Origin: Bacilli bacterium
GTDB lineage: Bacteria; Bacillota_I; Bacilli_A; RF39; UBA660
Assembly (NCBI GenBank): GCA_017936845.1
Contig: JAGBES010000025.1
Span: forward strand, 1 to 63,736
DNA length: 63,736 nucleotides
Direction of reading: 5' to 3'
Position numbers and translations under genes: made by a program. A model generated the notes under the pieces. It ran no database searches and had not been told where the DNA came from. It saw only the letters and a list, made by a program, of their open reading frames with translations. Positions 30,236 through 40,715 of the stretch are shown in pieces. The stretch's first letter is position 1. Every line of letters begins with the position of its first letter.

Positions 30236-31097
30236 TGTAAGATTAGATCAATATTTAACAAAAAAATTAGATTATAGTAGAAGTAAAGTAGAAAAATTAA
30301 TAAAAGAAAATAATATATTAGTTAATAACAAAGAAACAAAAAAAAGTTATATTTTAAAAGAAAATGATATTATTAATATAAAAGAGATAGATGAAGAAGA
30401 AATATATATAGAACCAGAAAAAATGGATTTAGATATAGTTTATGAAGATGATGATGTAATAGTTGTAAATAAAGAAAATGGAGTAGTAGTTCATCCAGCA
30501 CCAGGAAATTATAAACATACACTAGTAAATGGACTTATGTATCATTCAAAATTAAGTAGTATAAATGGAGAATTTAGACCAGGTATAGTACATAGAATAG
30601 ATGCATATACAACAGGACTTTTAATGGTTGCTAAAAATGATAAAGCACATATTGATTTAGCTAAACAATTAGAAGAAAAAACAACACATAGAAAATATAT
30701 TGCTTTAGTATGGGGAGTTATAAATACAGATACAGGTACAATAGATGCTCCAATAGGAAGAGATATTAATGATAGAAAAAAAATGGCTGTAACAGATATC
30801 AATTCAAAAGATGCTATCACGCATTTTAAAGTACTAGAAAGATATAGTAATGCAACATTAATTGAACTTGAACTTGAAACAGGAAGAACACATCAAATAA
30901 GAGTACATATGAATTATATAGGATACCCAATTGTAAATGACCCTGTTTATGGAAAAAGAAAAATAATAGACAATACTGGACAATGTTTACACGCTAAAGA
31001 ATTAGGCTTTGTACATCCAACAACTAAAAAGTATATGGAATTTACAAGTGAATTACCAGAATGTTTTTTAAATATATTAAGAGAATTTAAAGATTAA
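30210..31097 (+). CDS. rluD: RluD-type 23S rRNA pseudouridine synthase
   Basis: S4 domain, RPGIVHRID, GRTHQIRVH; lspA-rluD synteny. Confidence 0.9.
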   Translation: MEIKVEESNVRLDQYLTKKLDYSRSKVEKLIKENNILVNNKETKKSYILKENDIINIKEIDEEEIYIEPEKMDLDIVYEDDDVIVVNKENGVVVHPAPGNYKHTLVNGLMYHSKLSSINGEFRPGIVHRIDAYTTGLLMVAKNDKAHIDLAKQLEEKTTHRKYIALVWGVINTDTGTIDAPIGRDINDRKKMAVTDINSKDAITHFKVLERYSNATLIELELETGRTHQIRVHMNYIGYPIVNDPVYGKRKIIDNTGQCLHAKELGFVHPTTKKYMEFTSELPECFLNILREFKD

Positions 31098-31539
31098 TAA
31101 AGTAAATAGAAATACTTAAAATTAAAGCATAAATTAAGAAAATAATATAAAAAATTAAATAAATACTAGCTTTTTTATTAATTTCTTTTGTTTCATAATA
31201 TAGGAATAAGGCAGTAAGTAAAGTTAATAAAACATCAATAAAAGCCAAAAAATTATTTTTTAAATAAAAAAATATAATAGTATATAATTGATTAAAAATA
31301 TAATTATAAATTAAATCTTTTTTATATTCTTTAAGATTAAAATAGTTACTATTACTTACTTTAAAAACACTAATAGTTATTAAAATATATAAAATAGGCC
31401 ATATAATACTAAATAAAAATTTAGGAATAGTAAAAAATGGTAAATTTATTGAATCGAAATAACTATAGTCATTAAATACTATACTAGTTAAAAACCAAGG
31501 AGCTAATAATAGAATAAATTTTAATATTTTTTTAAACAT
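31087..31539 (-). CDS. TspO/MBR family protein
   Basis: LPFFTIP..F..IWPILY, NQLYTIIFF. Confidence 0.8.
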   Translation of the reverse strand: MFKKILKFILLLAPWFLTSIVFNDYSYFDSINLPFFTIPKFLFSIIWPILYILITISVFKVSNSNYFNLKEYKKDLIYNYIFNQLYTIIFFYLKNNFLAFIDVLLTLLTALFLYYETKEINKKASIYLIFYIIFLIYALILSISIYFINL

Positions 31540-31595
31540 ATAATCACCTTTACATATTATATTAAAAGTATTAAAATAATATTACAGGAGGAAAT

Positions 31596-32747
31596 ATGGA
31601 AGAATTTGTAATAGATAAAAATGATGAAATAGTAATGAAATTACTACATTATTTTATAACTGAAAAAAACTATAATCCAATAGTTTTACATGGAGCTAAA
31701 AATGAAATTTGGCTTGAAAATATGAATAATGAATCATATGAAATAGTTAGAATAGTTACTAATTATATTCATAATAATGAACAATTAAACTTTGATTTAT
31801 TTAAAACAAAACAAATAACAAAACAAATAAAAAGAAAAACATTATCTTTTAACATGGATGTATTAAGTATATTTGTGAATTTAAATGATAATGTTGATAT
31901 AAATTCAATGAATTATCATCATATAGATTGTGCTGGAATAAAAAATATAAATGATTTAAATAAATATGATTTTGTTATAAAAAATTATCCTGAAATAACT
32001 AAAGATACAAGTTTTAAAGAAAAAGGAATGAATTTATTTATGAAAATAACAGGTGATATAAGTAAAAAGAATGAAGAAGAAAATTATAAAGCAAATGATA
32101 TATTTAGAAAAAAAAGACCAATCATTACATATATTCTTATAGCATTAAATATATTAGTATTTTTAGCAATGTACTTAATAGGAAATGGTAGTTATGATAT
32201 AGATACATTATTAGCTTTTGGAGCTAATTATGCAGAATATGTAAAAGCTGGAGAGTATTATAGATTATTAACAAGTAGTTTTCTTCATATAGGATTACTT
32301 CATTTAATTTTCAATATGTATGCTTTAAAAATAATAGGACCACAAATAGAAAGTTTTTATGGCAAAACAAAATATTTAATAATATATCTATTTAGTGCTA
32401 TTATGGGTAGTTTATTTTCATGTCTTTTTACAAGAAGTATATCAGCAGGAGCAAGTGGAGCAATATTTGGTTTGTTTGGTGCACTAATATATTTTGGATA
32501 TCATTATCGCGTATATTTAGGAAATGTTATAAGATCACAAATAATACCATTATTATTAATTAATTTTTCTTTAGGATTTTTATTATCAGGAATTGATGTA
32601 TCAGCACATATAGGAGGATTTATTGGTGGATTACTTATTTCATCAGTACTAGGTATAAAATATAAATCAACAAAATCAGAAAAAATTAATGGTATAATAA
32701 TAACGACTATTTTTACAATTTTTATTATATTTTTATTGTTTAAATAA
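31596..32747 (+). CDS. rhomboid intramembrane protease (YqgP/GluP-like, with an N-terminal soluble domain)
   Basis: EYYRLLTSSFLH, H..FNM, GASGAIFG, AHIGG. Confidence 0.92.
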   Translation: MEEFVIDKNDEIVMKLLHYFITEKNYNPIVLHGAKNEIWLENMNNESYEIVRIVTNYIHNNEQLNFDLFKTKQITKQIKRKTLSFNMDVLSIFVNLNDNVDINSMNYHHIDCAGIKNINDLNKYDFVIKNYPEITKDTSFKEKGMNLFMKITGDISKKNEEENYKANDIFRKKRPIITYILIALNILVFLAMYLIGNGSYDIDTLLAFGANYAEYVKAGEYYRLLTSSFLHIGLLHLIFNMYALKIIGPQIESFYGKTKYLIIYLFSAIMGSLFSCLFTRSISAGASGAIFGLFGALIYFGYHYRVYLGNVIRSQIIPLLLINFSLGFLLSGIDVSAHIGGFIGGLLISSVLGIKYKSTKSEKINGIIITTIFTIFIIFLLFK

Positions 32748-32841
32748 TCATTAAATATAGTTTAACTATATTTTTTTATATTGTTTCTTTACATTAAATA
32801 TAATAATTGCTATACTAAATATAGTTTCGAGGAAGATTAGT

Positions 32842-34482
32842 ATGAGAAAGAAAATATTTATAACAATATTAAGTATATTATTTACATTGTTTATTTTAAT
32901 AGGTAATTCATTTTTAATAAGTAATAGCTTTAAATTTATAACTAAAAATATACTTGTTAATTTAATAATAATAATAGTCGCATTTATAATATTTTATTTA
33001 CTATTTAATTTATTATTTAGATTATTAGATGAAAAAAAAATAAAACAATATAAAATAATAAAAAAAATAGAAAAAACAAGAATATATAAACTTTTCATAA
33101 AACATCCATTTATATTTAGTTTAATATTTATTTTAATATGCTGGATACCATATATCATTGCGTTTTATCCAACTATATTATCACCTGATCCAAGCTTCCA
33201 AATAAAACAATATTTTGGAATAGAAAATAAATATTCAACCTATGTAATAATGAGAGATCCCAAAATATTAATAACAAATCATCATCCTGTAATACATACA
33301 TTATTACTTGGAACATGTGTAAAAATAGGAAAAATAATTAATAATGTAAATTTAGGATTATTTATTTATAGTTTAATTCAAATTTTAATATTGTCATCAA
33401 CATTAGCGTATACAATAAAATTTATGTCTAAATTAAAATTAGATAAAAACTATTTATTAATATCACTTATGGTATACTCATTAATACCAATATTTCCGTT
33501 TTATTCAATGAGTGCAGTAAAAGATGTAATATTTGGATCACTTATAATTTTATATATAATAACAATATATAAATTAGTTAAATGTGAAAATATAAAAATA
33601 GTTGATATAATAAAAATAATTGTCTTAATGATTTTGGTAATTTTATTTAGAAATAATGGTATTCATGTTATAATATTATCATTTCCATTCTTATTTTTTA
33701 TAGATAAAAATATAAGAAAGAAAATAAAATTAATTTTAATTTTTATGATAATATTAGTTTTTAATTATTCGTACAATAATGTAATACTTCCTTATTTTAA
33801 AATAAGCCCAACAAGTGTTAGGGAAATACTTTCAATACCATTTCAACAAACAGCAAGATATGTAAAAGAACATGAAAAAGAAGTAACAAAAGAAGAAAAA
33901 GAAGTAATTGATAAATTGCTTAATTATGATACAATCGCTTCTAGATATAAACCAGATATAGCAGATCCTGTAAAAAATGAATTTAATAGATACTATAAAA
34001 AAGAAGATTTAACTAGGTATTTTAGAGTATGGTTTAAAGAGTTTACAAATCATCCAGTAACTTATATCGAAGCGACTATAAATAATACATATGGATATTT
34101 TTATCCATTAAAAACAAGATGGTTTATTTATTATAAATATGATGATAGAATAGTCGAAGATGGATTTGATTATCATTATAATTCTTTAAAAACAAGTAGA
34201 AAATTATTGTCGGATTATGGTAGAACATTTCCATACATTCCAATAATAGGATTAATAATTAATATAGCATTTAATGTATGGATATTAATATTTATGTTTA
34301 CATATTTAATATATAAGAAAAAGTATAAAAGTGTTATATATTTAATACCATCATTTATATTAATATTAGTTTGTATAGCATCACCAGTAAATGCATATTT
34401 TAGATATGCACTTCCATATGTATTTGCCCTTATGTTAAATTTAGGAATTTTTATAAAAGAAGGTGTTTTAGATGAAAGATAA
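32842..34482 (+). CDS. multi-TM GT-C-like glycosyltransferase (DUF6020-like)
   Basis: AFYP..SPD, NHHP..HT, KD, RNNG, SIPFQQTAR, RY; in an operon with GT2 and GtrA. Confidence 0.7.
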   Translation: MRKKIFITILSILFTLFILIGNSFLISNSFKFITKNILVNLIIIIVAFIIFYLLFNLLFRLLDEKKIKQYKIIKKIEKTRIYKLFIKHPFIFSLIFILICWIPYIIAFYPTILSPDPSFQIKQYFGIENKYSTYVIMRDPKILITNHHPVIHTLLLGTCVKIGKIINNVNLGLFIYSLIQILILSSTLAYTIKFMSKLKLDKNYLLISLMVYSLIPIFPFYSMSAVKDVIFGSLIILYIITIYKLVKCENIKIVDIIKIIVLMILVILFRNNGIHVIILSFPFLFFIDKNIRKKIKLILIFMIILVFNYSYNNVILPYFKISPTSVREILSIPFQQTARYVKEHEKEVTKEEKEVIDKLLNYDTIASRYKPDIADPVKNEFNRYYKKEDLTRYFRVWFKEFTNHPVTYIEATINNTYGYFYPLKTRWFIYYKYDDRIVEDGFDYHYNSLKTSRKLLSDYGRTFPYIPIIGLIINIAFNVWILIFMFTYLIYKKKYKSVIYLIPSFILILVCIASPVNAYFRYALPYVFALMLNLGIFIKEGVLDER

Positions 34483-35404
34483 AATAGCAGTTTTAATTCC
34501 ATGTTATAATGAATCAATAACAATAGAAAAAGTAGTAAAAGACTATAAGAAAGAATTACCAGAAGCAACAATTTATGTATATGATAATAATTCAAATGAT
34601 AATACAGATGAGATAGCAAAAAAAGCTGGAGCCATTGTTAGATATGAATATCGCCAAGGAAAAGGAAATGTTATTAGAACAATGTTTAAAGACATAGAAG
34701 CTGATTGTTATTTAATGATAGATGGAGATGATACATATCCTGCAAATAGTGCTAGAGAAATGTGTAATTTAATATTGGAAAAAAAAGCTGATATGGTAAT
34801 AGGTGATAGATTATCAAGTACATATTTTAAAGAAAATAAACGACCATTTCATAATTTTGGAAATAGATTAGTAAGATGGTTAATAAATTTCTTATTTAAA
34901 AGTAACATAAGGGATATAATGACTGGTTATAGAGCTTTTAGTTATGAATTTGTAAAAACATTTCCAATATTATCAAAGGGTTTTGAAATTGAAACAGAAA
35001 TGACAATACATGCACTAGATAAAAACTTTTTACTTAAAGAAATACCAGTTGATTATAAAGATAGACCAAGTGGTAGTGTATCAAAATTAAATACATATAA
35101 AGATGGATTTAGAGTATTGAAAACAATTGAAAGACTATTTAGAGAATATAGACCATTTTTATTCTTTAGTATATCAAGTTTAATATTTTTAATATTATCT
35201 ATTATATTTGGGGTACCTGTATTTAAAGAATATTTTGAAACAGGTCTAGTTCCAAGATTTCCTACGTTTATATTTAGTGGATTTTTACTACTTATTTCAT
35301 TACTTTTATTCATTTGTGGAGTTATATTGGATGTAGTCGTAAAAAAACATAGGCAGTTATTTGAACTTATACTAGTAAGGACAAAAAATGAAAGAAATAA
35401 TTAA
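34472..35404 (+). CDS. GT2 polyprenol-phosphate glycosyltransferase (GtrB-like)
   Basis: LIPCYNE, YDNNSND, IDGDDTY, GFEIETE; two C-terminal TM helices. Confidence 0.92.
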   Translation: MKDKIAVLIPCYNESITIEKVVKDYKKELPEATIYVYDNNSNDNTDEIAKKAGAIVRYEYRQGKGNVIRTMFKDIEADCYLMIDGDDTYPANSAREMCNLILEKKADMVIGDRLSSTYFKENKRPFHNFGNRLVRWLINFLFKSNIRDIMTGYRAFSYEFVKTFPILSKGFEIETEMTIHALDKNFLLKEIPVDYKDRPSGSVSKLNTYKDGFRVLKTIERLFREYRPFLFFSISSLIFLILSIIFGVPVFKEYFETGLVPRFPTFIFSGFLLLISLLLFICGVILDVVVKKHRQLFELILVRTKNERNN

Positions 35405-35771
35405 ACAATTATTTAAATTTGGTATAGTAGGGGCTATTTGTTTTCTAATAGATTACTTAATATTATATGTAAGTACAGATATATTTCATATTTATTATTT
35501 AATATCATCAATCATATCTTTTTCAATTTCAACTATATTTAATTATATATTAAGTGTTAAATGGGTGTTTGATGTAAAAAATAAAAATGATAAGAAAAGA
35601 AATTTTATTACATTTGTTATATTTAGTATTATTGGTTTAATTTTAAATCAAATAATTATGTGGTTTGGTACAGATATATTAGGTATTTATTATATGATAA
35701 CTAAGGTAATTTCAACAATTGTAGTAATGGTATTTAATTTCATAACAAGAAAAATATTCTTAGAAAAATAG
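35388..35771 (+). CDS. GtrA family flippase
   Basis: KFGIVG, FNYILS..WVF, FNFITRK. Confidence 0.92.
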   Translation: MKEIIKQLFKFGIVGAICFLIDYLILYVSTDIFHIYYLISSIISFSISTIFNYILSVKWVFDVKNKNDKKRNFITFVIFSIIGLILNQIIMWFGTDILGIYYMITKVISTIVVMVFNFITRKIFLEK

Positions 35772-35854
35772 AATATTTTTTTGATTTTTAAACAAAAATA
35801 ATGTTAAAATTCATATTATTGTGATATAATGTAGTAGTGTTTGAGGTGACTTAA

Positions 35855-36349
35855 ATGAAAACAAACAATGAATATACTTCTATTGTTAATGATATATTAG
35901 ATAATGAAAAATTTGATAAAATAAGATACATAGAGCATCATGGAATAACAAGATATGAACATTCTATACATGTATCATATATTTCATATAAAATAGCAAA
36001 AAAATTAGGACTTGATTATAGACAAGTAGCACGTGCAGGATTATTACATGATTTTTTTATGAGTGAAGAAAGAAGAACTATAAAAGAAAAATTAATATCT
36101 ACATTTACACATCCTAAAAAAGCATTAGAAAACGCTGAAAAGAATTTTGAATTATCTAAAAGAGAAAAAAATATAATAGAATCACATATGTTTCCTATAT
36201 ATAAATGTTTACCAAAATATAAGGAAAGTATATTAGTAAGTTTTGTAGATAAACTAGTAGCAACTTATGAATTTTCTTTTAAATTTCGTTTAAAATTTAG
36301 ATATGTAACTAATTTATCAATATTAGTATTATTTGGAATATTAAAATAA
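35855..36349 (+). CDS. HD-domain phosphohydrolase
   Basis: HH..TRYEHS, GLLHDFF, HP, II.SHMFP, VDK. Confidence 0.88.
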   Translation: MKTNNEYTSIVNDILDNEKFDKIRYIEHHGITRYEHSIHVSYISYKIAKKLGLDYRQVARAGLLHDFFMSEERRTIKEKLISTFTHPKKALENAEKNFELSKREKNIIESHMFPIYKCLPKYKESILVSFVDKLVATYEFSFKFRLKFRYVTNLSILVLFGILK

Positions 36350-36389
36350 AATATTCTTTTTTTTTTATTTTGTGATATAATTTTTATAT

Positions 36390-36466
36390 GTCCTCGTAGC
36401 ATAATCGGATAATGCAATCGCCTCCTAAGCGATAGACTGGAGGTTCAATTCCTCTCGGGGACGCCA
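36390..36466 (+). tRNA. tRNA-Arg(CCT)
   Basis: Acceptor GTCCTCG/CGGGGAC, anticodon arm ATCGC-ctCCTaa-GCGAT, GGTTCAATTCC T-arm, encoded CCA. Confidence 0.97.
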
Positions 36467-36479
36467 TTATATAATATCT

Positions 36480-36508
36480 ATGAACTTTTAATAGAGTTCA
36501 TTTTTTTT
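36480..36508 (+). terminator. tRNA terminator
   Basis: ATGAACT...AGTTCAT followed by a T-run. Confidence 0.75.
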
Positions 36509-36562
36509 ATAAATTTTTCTTGTATTATATGTTATAATAATTAGGTATTAAGTAGGTGAATT

Positions 36563-38653
36563 ATGAAAGTTATAATTGCAGAAAAACCTAGTCTTGCTCG
36601 TAATATAGTAGATGCGATAGGTAATATGAAAAAAAATAATGGATATTTTTCTAATAATGATTATATAGTAACATGGGCATTTGGGCATTTGTTTAGTTTA
36701 TATGATATAGAAGATTATGAAAAAAATCCTGATAAGAAGTGGAAAATGGATAATTTACCTTGCTTTCCAGAAAAATTTAAATTTAAATTAAAAGAAGATA
36801 ATAATAAAAAAGTAGATAGCGGAGTATTAAAACAATTTAATATTATTAAAGAATTAATAAATAAGAATGAAGTGGATGCAATTATAAATGCAGGAGATGC
36901 TGATAGAGAAGGAGAAATAATCGTAAGATTATGTATAATTAATGCTTTAAAAAGTAATAAGAAATTACTTAGATTATGGCTTCCTGATCAAACAAAAGAG
37001 ACAATAAATAAAGAATTAACAGAAATGAAAGAAGAAGTAGAATATAATAATTTAGCTAATGAAGGTTTTGCTAGAACATATATTGATTGGTTATATGGCG
37101 TTAATTTAACAAGATATGCAACTTTAAAAACAGGTACTCTAGAAAGAGTTGGTAGAGTAATTATTCCAATTGTAAAAGCTATATATGATAGAGATTTAAG
37201 TATAAGAAACTTTGTCCCAGATATATATTATGGAATATCTAGTAAAGAAGAAACTAATGGCGAAGTAGTAGAATTAAATAGTAAATTAAAATTTGATAAA
37301 AATGATTTAAAAAAAGCACAAGAACAATGTGATAAATATAATAGTTTAAAAGCAGAAGTTATAGATAAAAAGATAAAAAAAGATAAAATGGAACCAGGTA
37401 AATTATATTCTTTATCAAAATTACAAAATGTGCTTGGTAAAAAATATAAAATGTCTATGGATAAATCCCTTTCAATTATCCAAAAATTATATGAAGATGG
37501 ATATTTAACTTATCCACGTACTAATTCAGAGTATTTAGCAACTCCAGAAAAAGATAAAATTAAAACAATTATAAATAATTTAGCTAAATTAAATTATCCA
37601 GTTATTTTTAAAGATAAAAAAACAATATTTGATGATTCTAAAATAGAATCACACTCTGCTTTAACACCTACCTATAAAATACCTGATATAAAAAAACTAA
37701 CAGAAGATGAAAAAATTGTATATAAAACAGTACTTAAAAGATTTATTGCTGTCTTTTGTGATAGAGAATGCTTAGTAGAAAAAACAGAAATAAAAATTAA
37801 ATTAGATGATGAAGAATTTAATTTAAAAGGAACAGTTATCTTGGAACCAGGTTGGACAAAATATGATGATTATAATTCTAAAGATAAAATACTTCCTAAT
37901 TTAAATAAAGGAGATATAATAAATATTGATTTTAAACCTATAGAAAAGAAAACTACAGCTCCTAAACATTATACAATAGAAACACTAAATAATTATTTAA
38001 AAAATCCCTTTAAAGAAGATAAAGCTAAAATAAACCAGGATGAATATGATGATACTGAAGATTATAAAGCAATATTTGAAGGTTTAGAATTAGGAACAGA
38101 AGCAACTCGTACAGGTATAATTGATAATGCAATTAGAAGTGAATATATAAGTTTAAAAAAAGATGTCTATTATATATTACCTAAAGGTGAATATTTAATT
38201 GAATCACTACTTCAAATGGGAATTTCTATGGATAAATATAAAACTAGTGAAATGGGTAAAGCTTTAAAAAAAGTATTTAGAAATGAAATAAAAGTAGAAG
38301 ATTCCGTAGAAATAGCTAAGAAAGAAATAAAAGAAGTATTTAATAAAAAAGAAGTTCCTATTGAAAAAGATACAGATAATGGTTTTTATGGCGATTATAT
38401 TGGAAAGTGTCCTAAATGTGGAAAAGATGTATTAAAAAATAGATATGGTTATGGATGTATAGGTTATAAAGATGGTTGTGATTTTAAAATTAATGGTGTT
38501 ATATGTAAAAGAGTTATTTCTAAAAGTAACGCTGTTAAATTATTAAATGAAGGTAAAACTTCTAAAATAGAAGATTTTATATCAAAAAAAGATACTAAAT
38601 TCAATGCATATTTAGTACTTAAAGATAATAAAATTGAATTTAGTTTTGAGTAA
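36563..38653 (+). CDS. topB: type IA DNA topoisomerase III
   Basis: IAEKPS, GHL, AGDADREGE, TYPRT, LGTEATR; C-terminal Zn ribbon. Confidence 0.9.
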   Translation: MKVIIAEKPSLARNIVDAIGNMKKNNGYFSNNDYIVTWAFGHLFSLYDIEDYEKNPDKKWKMDNLPCFPEKFKFKLKEDNNKKVDSGVLKQFNIIKELINKNEVDAIINAGDADREGEIIVRLCIINALKSNKKLLRLWLPDQTKETINKELTEMKEEVEYNNLANEGFARTYIDWLYGVNLTRYATLKTGTLERVGRVIIPIVKAIYDRDLSIRNFVPDIYYGISSKEETNGEVVELNSKLKFDKNDLKKAQEQCDKYNSLKAEVIDKKIKKDKMEPGKLYSLSKLQNVLGKKYKMSMDKSLSIIQKLYEDGYLTYPRTNSEYLATPEKDKIKTIINNLAKLNYPVIFKDKKTIFDDSKIESHSALTPTYKIPDIKKLTEDEKIVYKTVLKRFIAVFCDRECLVEKTEIKIKLDDEEFNLKGTVILEPGWTKYDDYNSKDKILPNLNKGDIINIDFKPIEKKTTAPKHYTIETLNNYLKNPFKEDKAKINQDEYDDTEDYKAIFEGLELGTEATRTGIIDNAIRSEYISLKKDVYYILPKGEYLIESLLQMGISMDKYKTSEMGKALKKVFRNEIKVEDSVEIAKKEIKEVFNKKEVPIEKDTDNGFYGDYIGKCPKCGKDVLKNRYGYGCIGYKDGCDFKINGVICKRVISKSNAVKLLNEGKTSKIEDFISKKDTKFNAYLVLKDNKIEFSFE

Positions 38654-38706
38654 TTGACATTTATAAAATAAATAGTATAATAAAATAAAATTTAGGGGGA
38701 CTAGTT

Positions 38707-39609
38707 ATGTTTAAAGTATTAAAGGAAAAAATAAAAGATTTGTTAATTAAATCTCAAAGAAAATTAATATTTGAAGAAGCTGCTAATGGCTATATTGGTG
38801 ATTATAAAATACAAGATGATAAAGTAATATGTTATGTAGATAATAAATTGTTAAAAAAATATATGGAAAAAAATCATTATAAATTAGAATTATGTGGTTC
38901 TTATACAATGGAAGAAAAATTAAAAAAAATATGTGATGATTGTGGGATTTTAAAACCAATTTATTATATTATAGATGGAATGGAATTTGCTTCTTATGTA
39001 TATATTTTTTCTGTTAGGGATGCACATATAATTTTTAAAAATTGTACTTTCAAAAATGCTATTAAAATATATTTTGCTAATGATATAATATTTGAAAATA
39101 ATAAATATGAATATCCTTATCCATCAAAAGACTATGCATTTTTAACAAGTAATGGGCCTACCTATAATATAAAATTTATTAATGATAATTTTATAAATAG
39201 TAATAAAAAACATCCAGTAAAATTTGGAATGGAGATTAAAGCTAATAATGTAGAAATAAGTGATACAAATATTAGTGGTGATGATAATTCATTAGTACAA
39301 ATTGAATGTGATAATTTAGTAATTGGAAATTCTAATATAAATTGTGATGAAATAGTTATAAGTTCAAAAAAAATAAATTTTTACGATGCATCAACAAATG
39401 CAAATAAAGGCTTTATAATGAATAAAGATACAATGTATATAGATTTTGATCAAGAAAATAGAAAAGAAAAAGAATTAGAAAATTCAAGAATTAATTTAAT
39501 TAATTCATTAAGAAATTTAAGAGATAAATGTAATCAAGATATAGAAAATAAATTAGAAAATAAAGAAAATAAATTGAAAAATAAGAAAATAAAGAAGTAT
39601 TTTAAATAA
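38707..39609 (+). CDS. hypothetical protein (possible beta-helix region, C-terminal coiled coil, basic tail)
   Basis: TTGACA..TATAAT promoter, GGGGG SD; IIFKNCTF/IIFENN/VEISDTNI repeats; ends KIKKYFK. Confidence 0.7.
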   Translation: MFKVLKEKIKDLLIKSQRKLIFEEAANGYIGDYKIQDDKVICYVDNKLLKKYMEKNHYKLELCGSYTMEEKLKKICDDCGILKPIYYIIDGMEFASYVYIFSVRDAHIIFKNCTFKNAIKIYFANDIIFENNKYEYPYPSKDYAFLTSNGPTYNIKFINDNFINSNKKHPVKFGMEIKANNVEISDTNISGDDNSLVQIECDNLVIGNSNINCDEIVISSKKINFYDASTNANKGFIMNKDTMYIDFDQENRKEKELENSRINLINSLRNLRDKCNQDIENKLENKENKLKNKKIKKYFK

Positions 39610-39626
39610 CATTAAATAATATTATA

Positions 39627-39655
39627 TTGATAAAATAAGTTAAATATGATATTAT
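39627..39655 (+). promoter_or_regulatory. sigma-A promoter of putative antitoxin RNA A
   Basis: TTGATA-N17-TATTAT with extended TG; conserved in copy B. Confidence 0.75.
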
Positions 39656-39661
39656 GTATAT

Positions 39662-39777
39662 AGATGAAGTTATCTTCATAAAATAAAAAGAGGATATACT
39701 TAACTTTCGTGTGGTTAGGTACACTCCTGATTTGGTGTGCACACTAATACTCCAGCTCGAGCGTTAGTGTGCTTTTT
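39662..39777 (+). ncRNA. putative type I antitoxin RNA A (~115 nt)
   Basis: Promoter, 5' hairpin ATGAAG-ttat-CTTCAT, terminator GCACACTAA..TTAGTGTGC-TTTTT abutting the stop codon of the opposite-strand peptide. Confidence 0.65.
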
Positions 39778-39855
39778 CTATTTAAATATTATTACAAATA
39801 CTAATATAAATAGGAGGATAATTATAATAAATTGAGAATTTTCTCTTTTTGTCAT
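39778..39855 (-). CDS. 25-aa hydrophobic peptide A, putative type I toxin (MTKRENSQFIIIILLFILVFVIIFK)
   Basis: AAAGGAGGTGAT SD in a hairpin; own TTGTGT-N17-TATAAT promoter; paralogue at 40830-40907. Confidence 0.78.
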   Translation of the reverse strand: MTKRENSQFIIIILLFILVFVIIFK

Positions 39856-39921
39856 AAATATCACCTCCTTTATTTTTTTATAAAGGAGTGCACCTAACGC
39901 AGGTTATGTATATCCACTAAT

Positions 39922-39950
39922 ATTATAAAAAACAAATGTTTGATACACAA
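39922..39950 (-). promoter_or_regulatory. sigma-A promoter of peptide A mRNA
   Basis: TTGTGT-N17-TATAAT; predicted +1 near 39915, the first base of the long-range helix. Confidence 0.65.
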
Positions 39951-39967
39951 CAGTTTAGGAGTAATTT

Positions 39968-40678
39968 ATGGAAAAAATAGATAAATTAAAAGAAATAATA
40001 AAAAGTAGTAATAATATAGTTTTCTTTGGAGGAGCTGGTGTTTCTACAGAAAGTGGTATACCAGATTTTAGAAGTAAAGATGGTCTTTATAATCAAAAAT
40101 ATGATTATCCTCCAGAAGAAATATTAAGTCATACTTTCTTTTATTATAATACAGAATACTTTTATAAATTTTATAAAGATAAAATGAATAGTCTAAGTAT
40201 TAAACCTAATATAACACATTTAAAATTAAAAGAATTAGAAAAAAATGGTAAATTAAGATGCATTATAACTCAAAATATAGATGGATTAGATATAAAAGCA
40301 GGTAGTAAAAATGTACTTGAAATACATGGTTCAATTTATAGAAACTATTGTACTAAATGTAATAAATTTTATGATGCAGAATATGTTTTTAAAAGTAATG
40401 GAATACCTTTATGTGAATGTGGTGGAATAATAAAACCAGATGTAGTTTTATATGAAGAGCCATTAAATAATACATTTGATGAAGCTATAAATTATATTAG
40501 AAAATGTGATACATTAATAGTTGCTGGTACATCTTTAACAGTTTATCCAGCTGCTTCTTTAATAAGATATTTTAATGGAAAAAATTTAATTTTAATAAAT
40601 AAAGATAAAACTAAATATGATGATTTTGCTACATTGGTGTTTAATCAAAATATGAGTGAAATATTTAAAGAATTATAG
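39968..40678 (+). CDS. cobB: NAD-dependent protein deacylase (sirtuin)
   Basis: GAGVSTESGIPDFRS, TQNIDGL, HGS, CxxC/CxC zinc site, GTSL.VYPAA. Confidence 0.95.
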   Translation: MEKIDKLKEIIKSSNNIVFFGGAGVSTESGIPDFRSKDGLYNQKYDYPPEEILSHTFFYYNTEYFYKFYKDKMNSLSIKPNITHLKLKELEKNGKLRCIITQNIDGLDIKAGSKNVLEIHGSIYRNYCTKCNKFYDAEYVFKSNGIPLCECGGIIKPDVVLYEEPLNNTFDEAINYIRKCDTLIVAGTSLTVYPAASLIRYFNGKNLILINKDKTKYDDFATLVFNQNMSEIFKEL

Positions 40679-40680
40679 TG

Positions 40681-40709
40681 TTGATAAAATATTTAAAATA
40701 TGATATTAT
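40681..40709 (+). promoter_or_regulatory. sigma-A promoter of putative antitoxin RNA B
   Basis: TTGATA-N17-TATTAT with extended TG. Confidence 0.75.
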
Positions 40710-40715
40710 GTATAT

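Noticed and set aside
28403-32777. Similar terminators after ddl and after the rhomboid gene as a flanking duplication
   Set aside because: The match is a short, low-complexity AT palindrome and would enclose core genes (lspA, rluD).
39968-40678. Sirtuin as an anti-phage SIR2 effector (Thoeris/DSR type)
   Set aside because: It is a standard 236-aa zinc-binding CobB with no fused or neighbouring defence domains.
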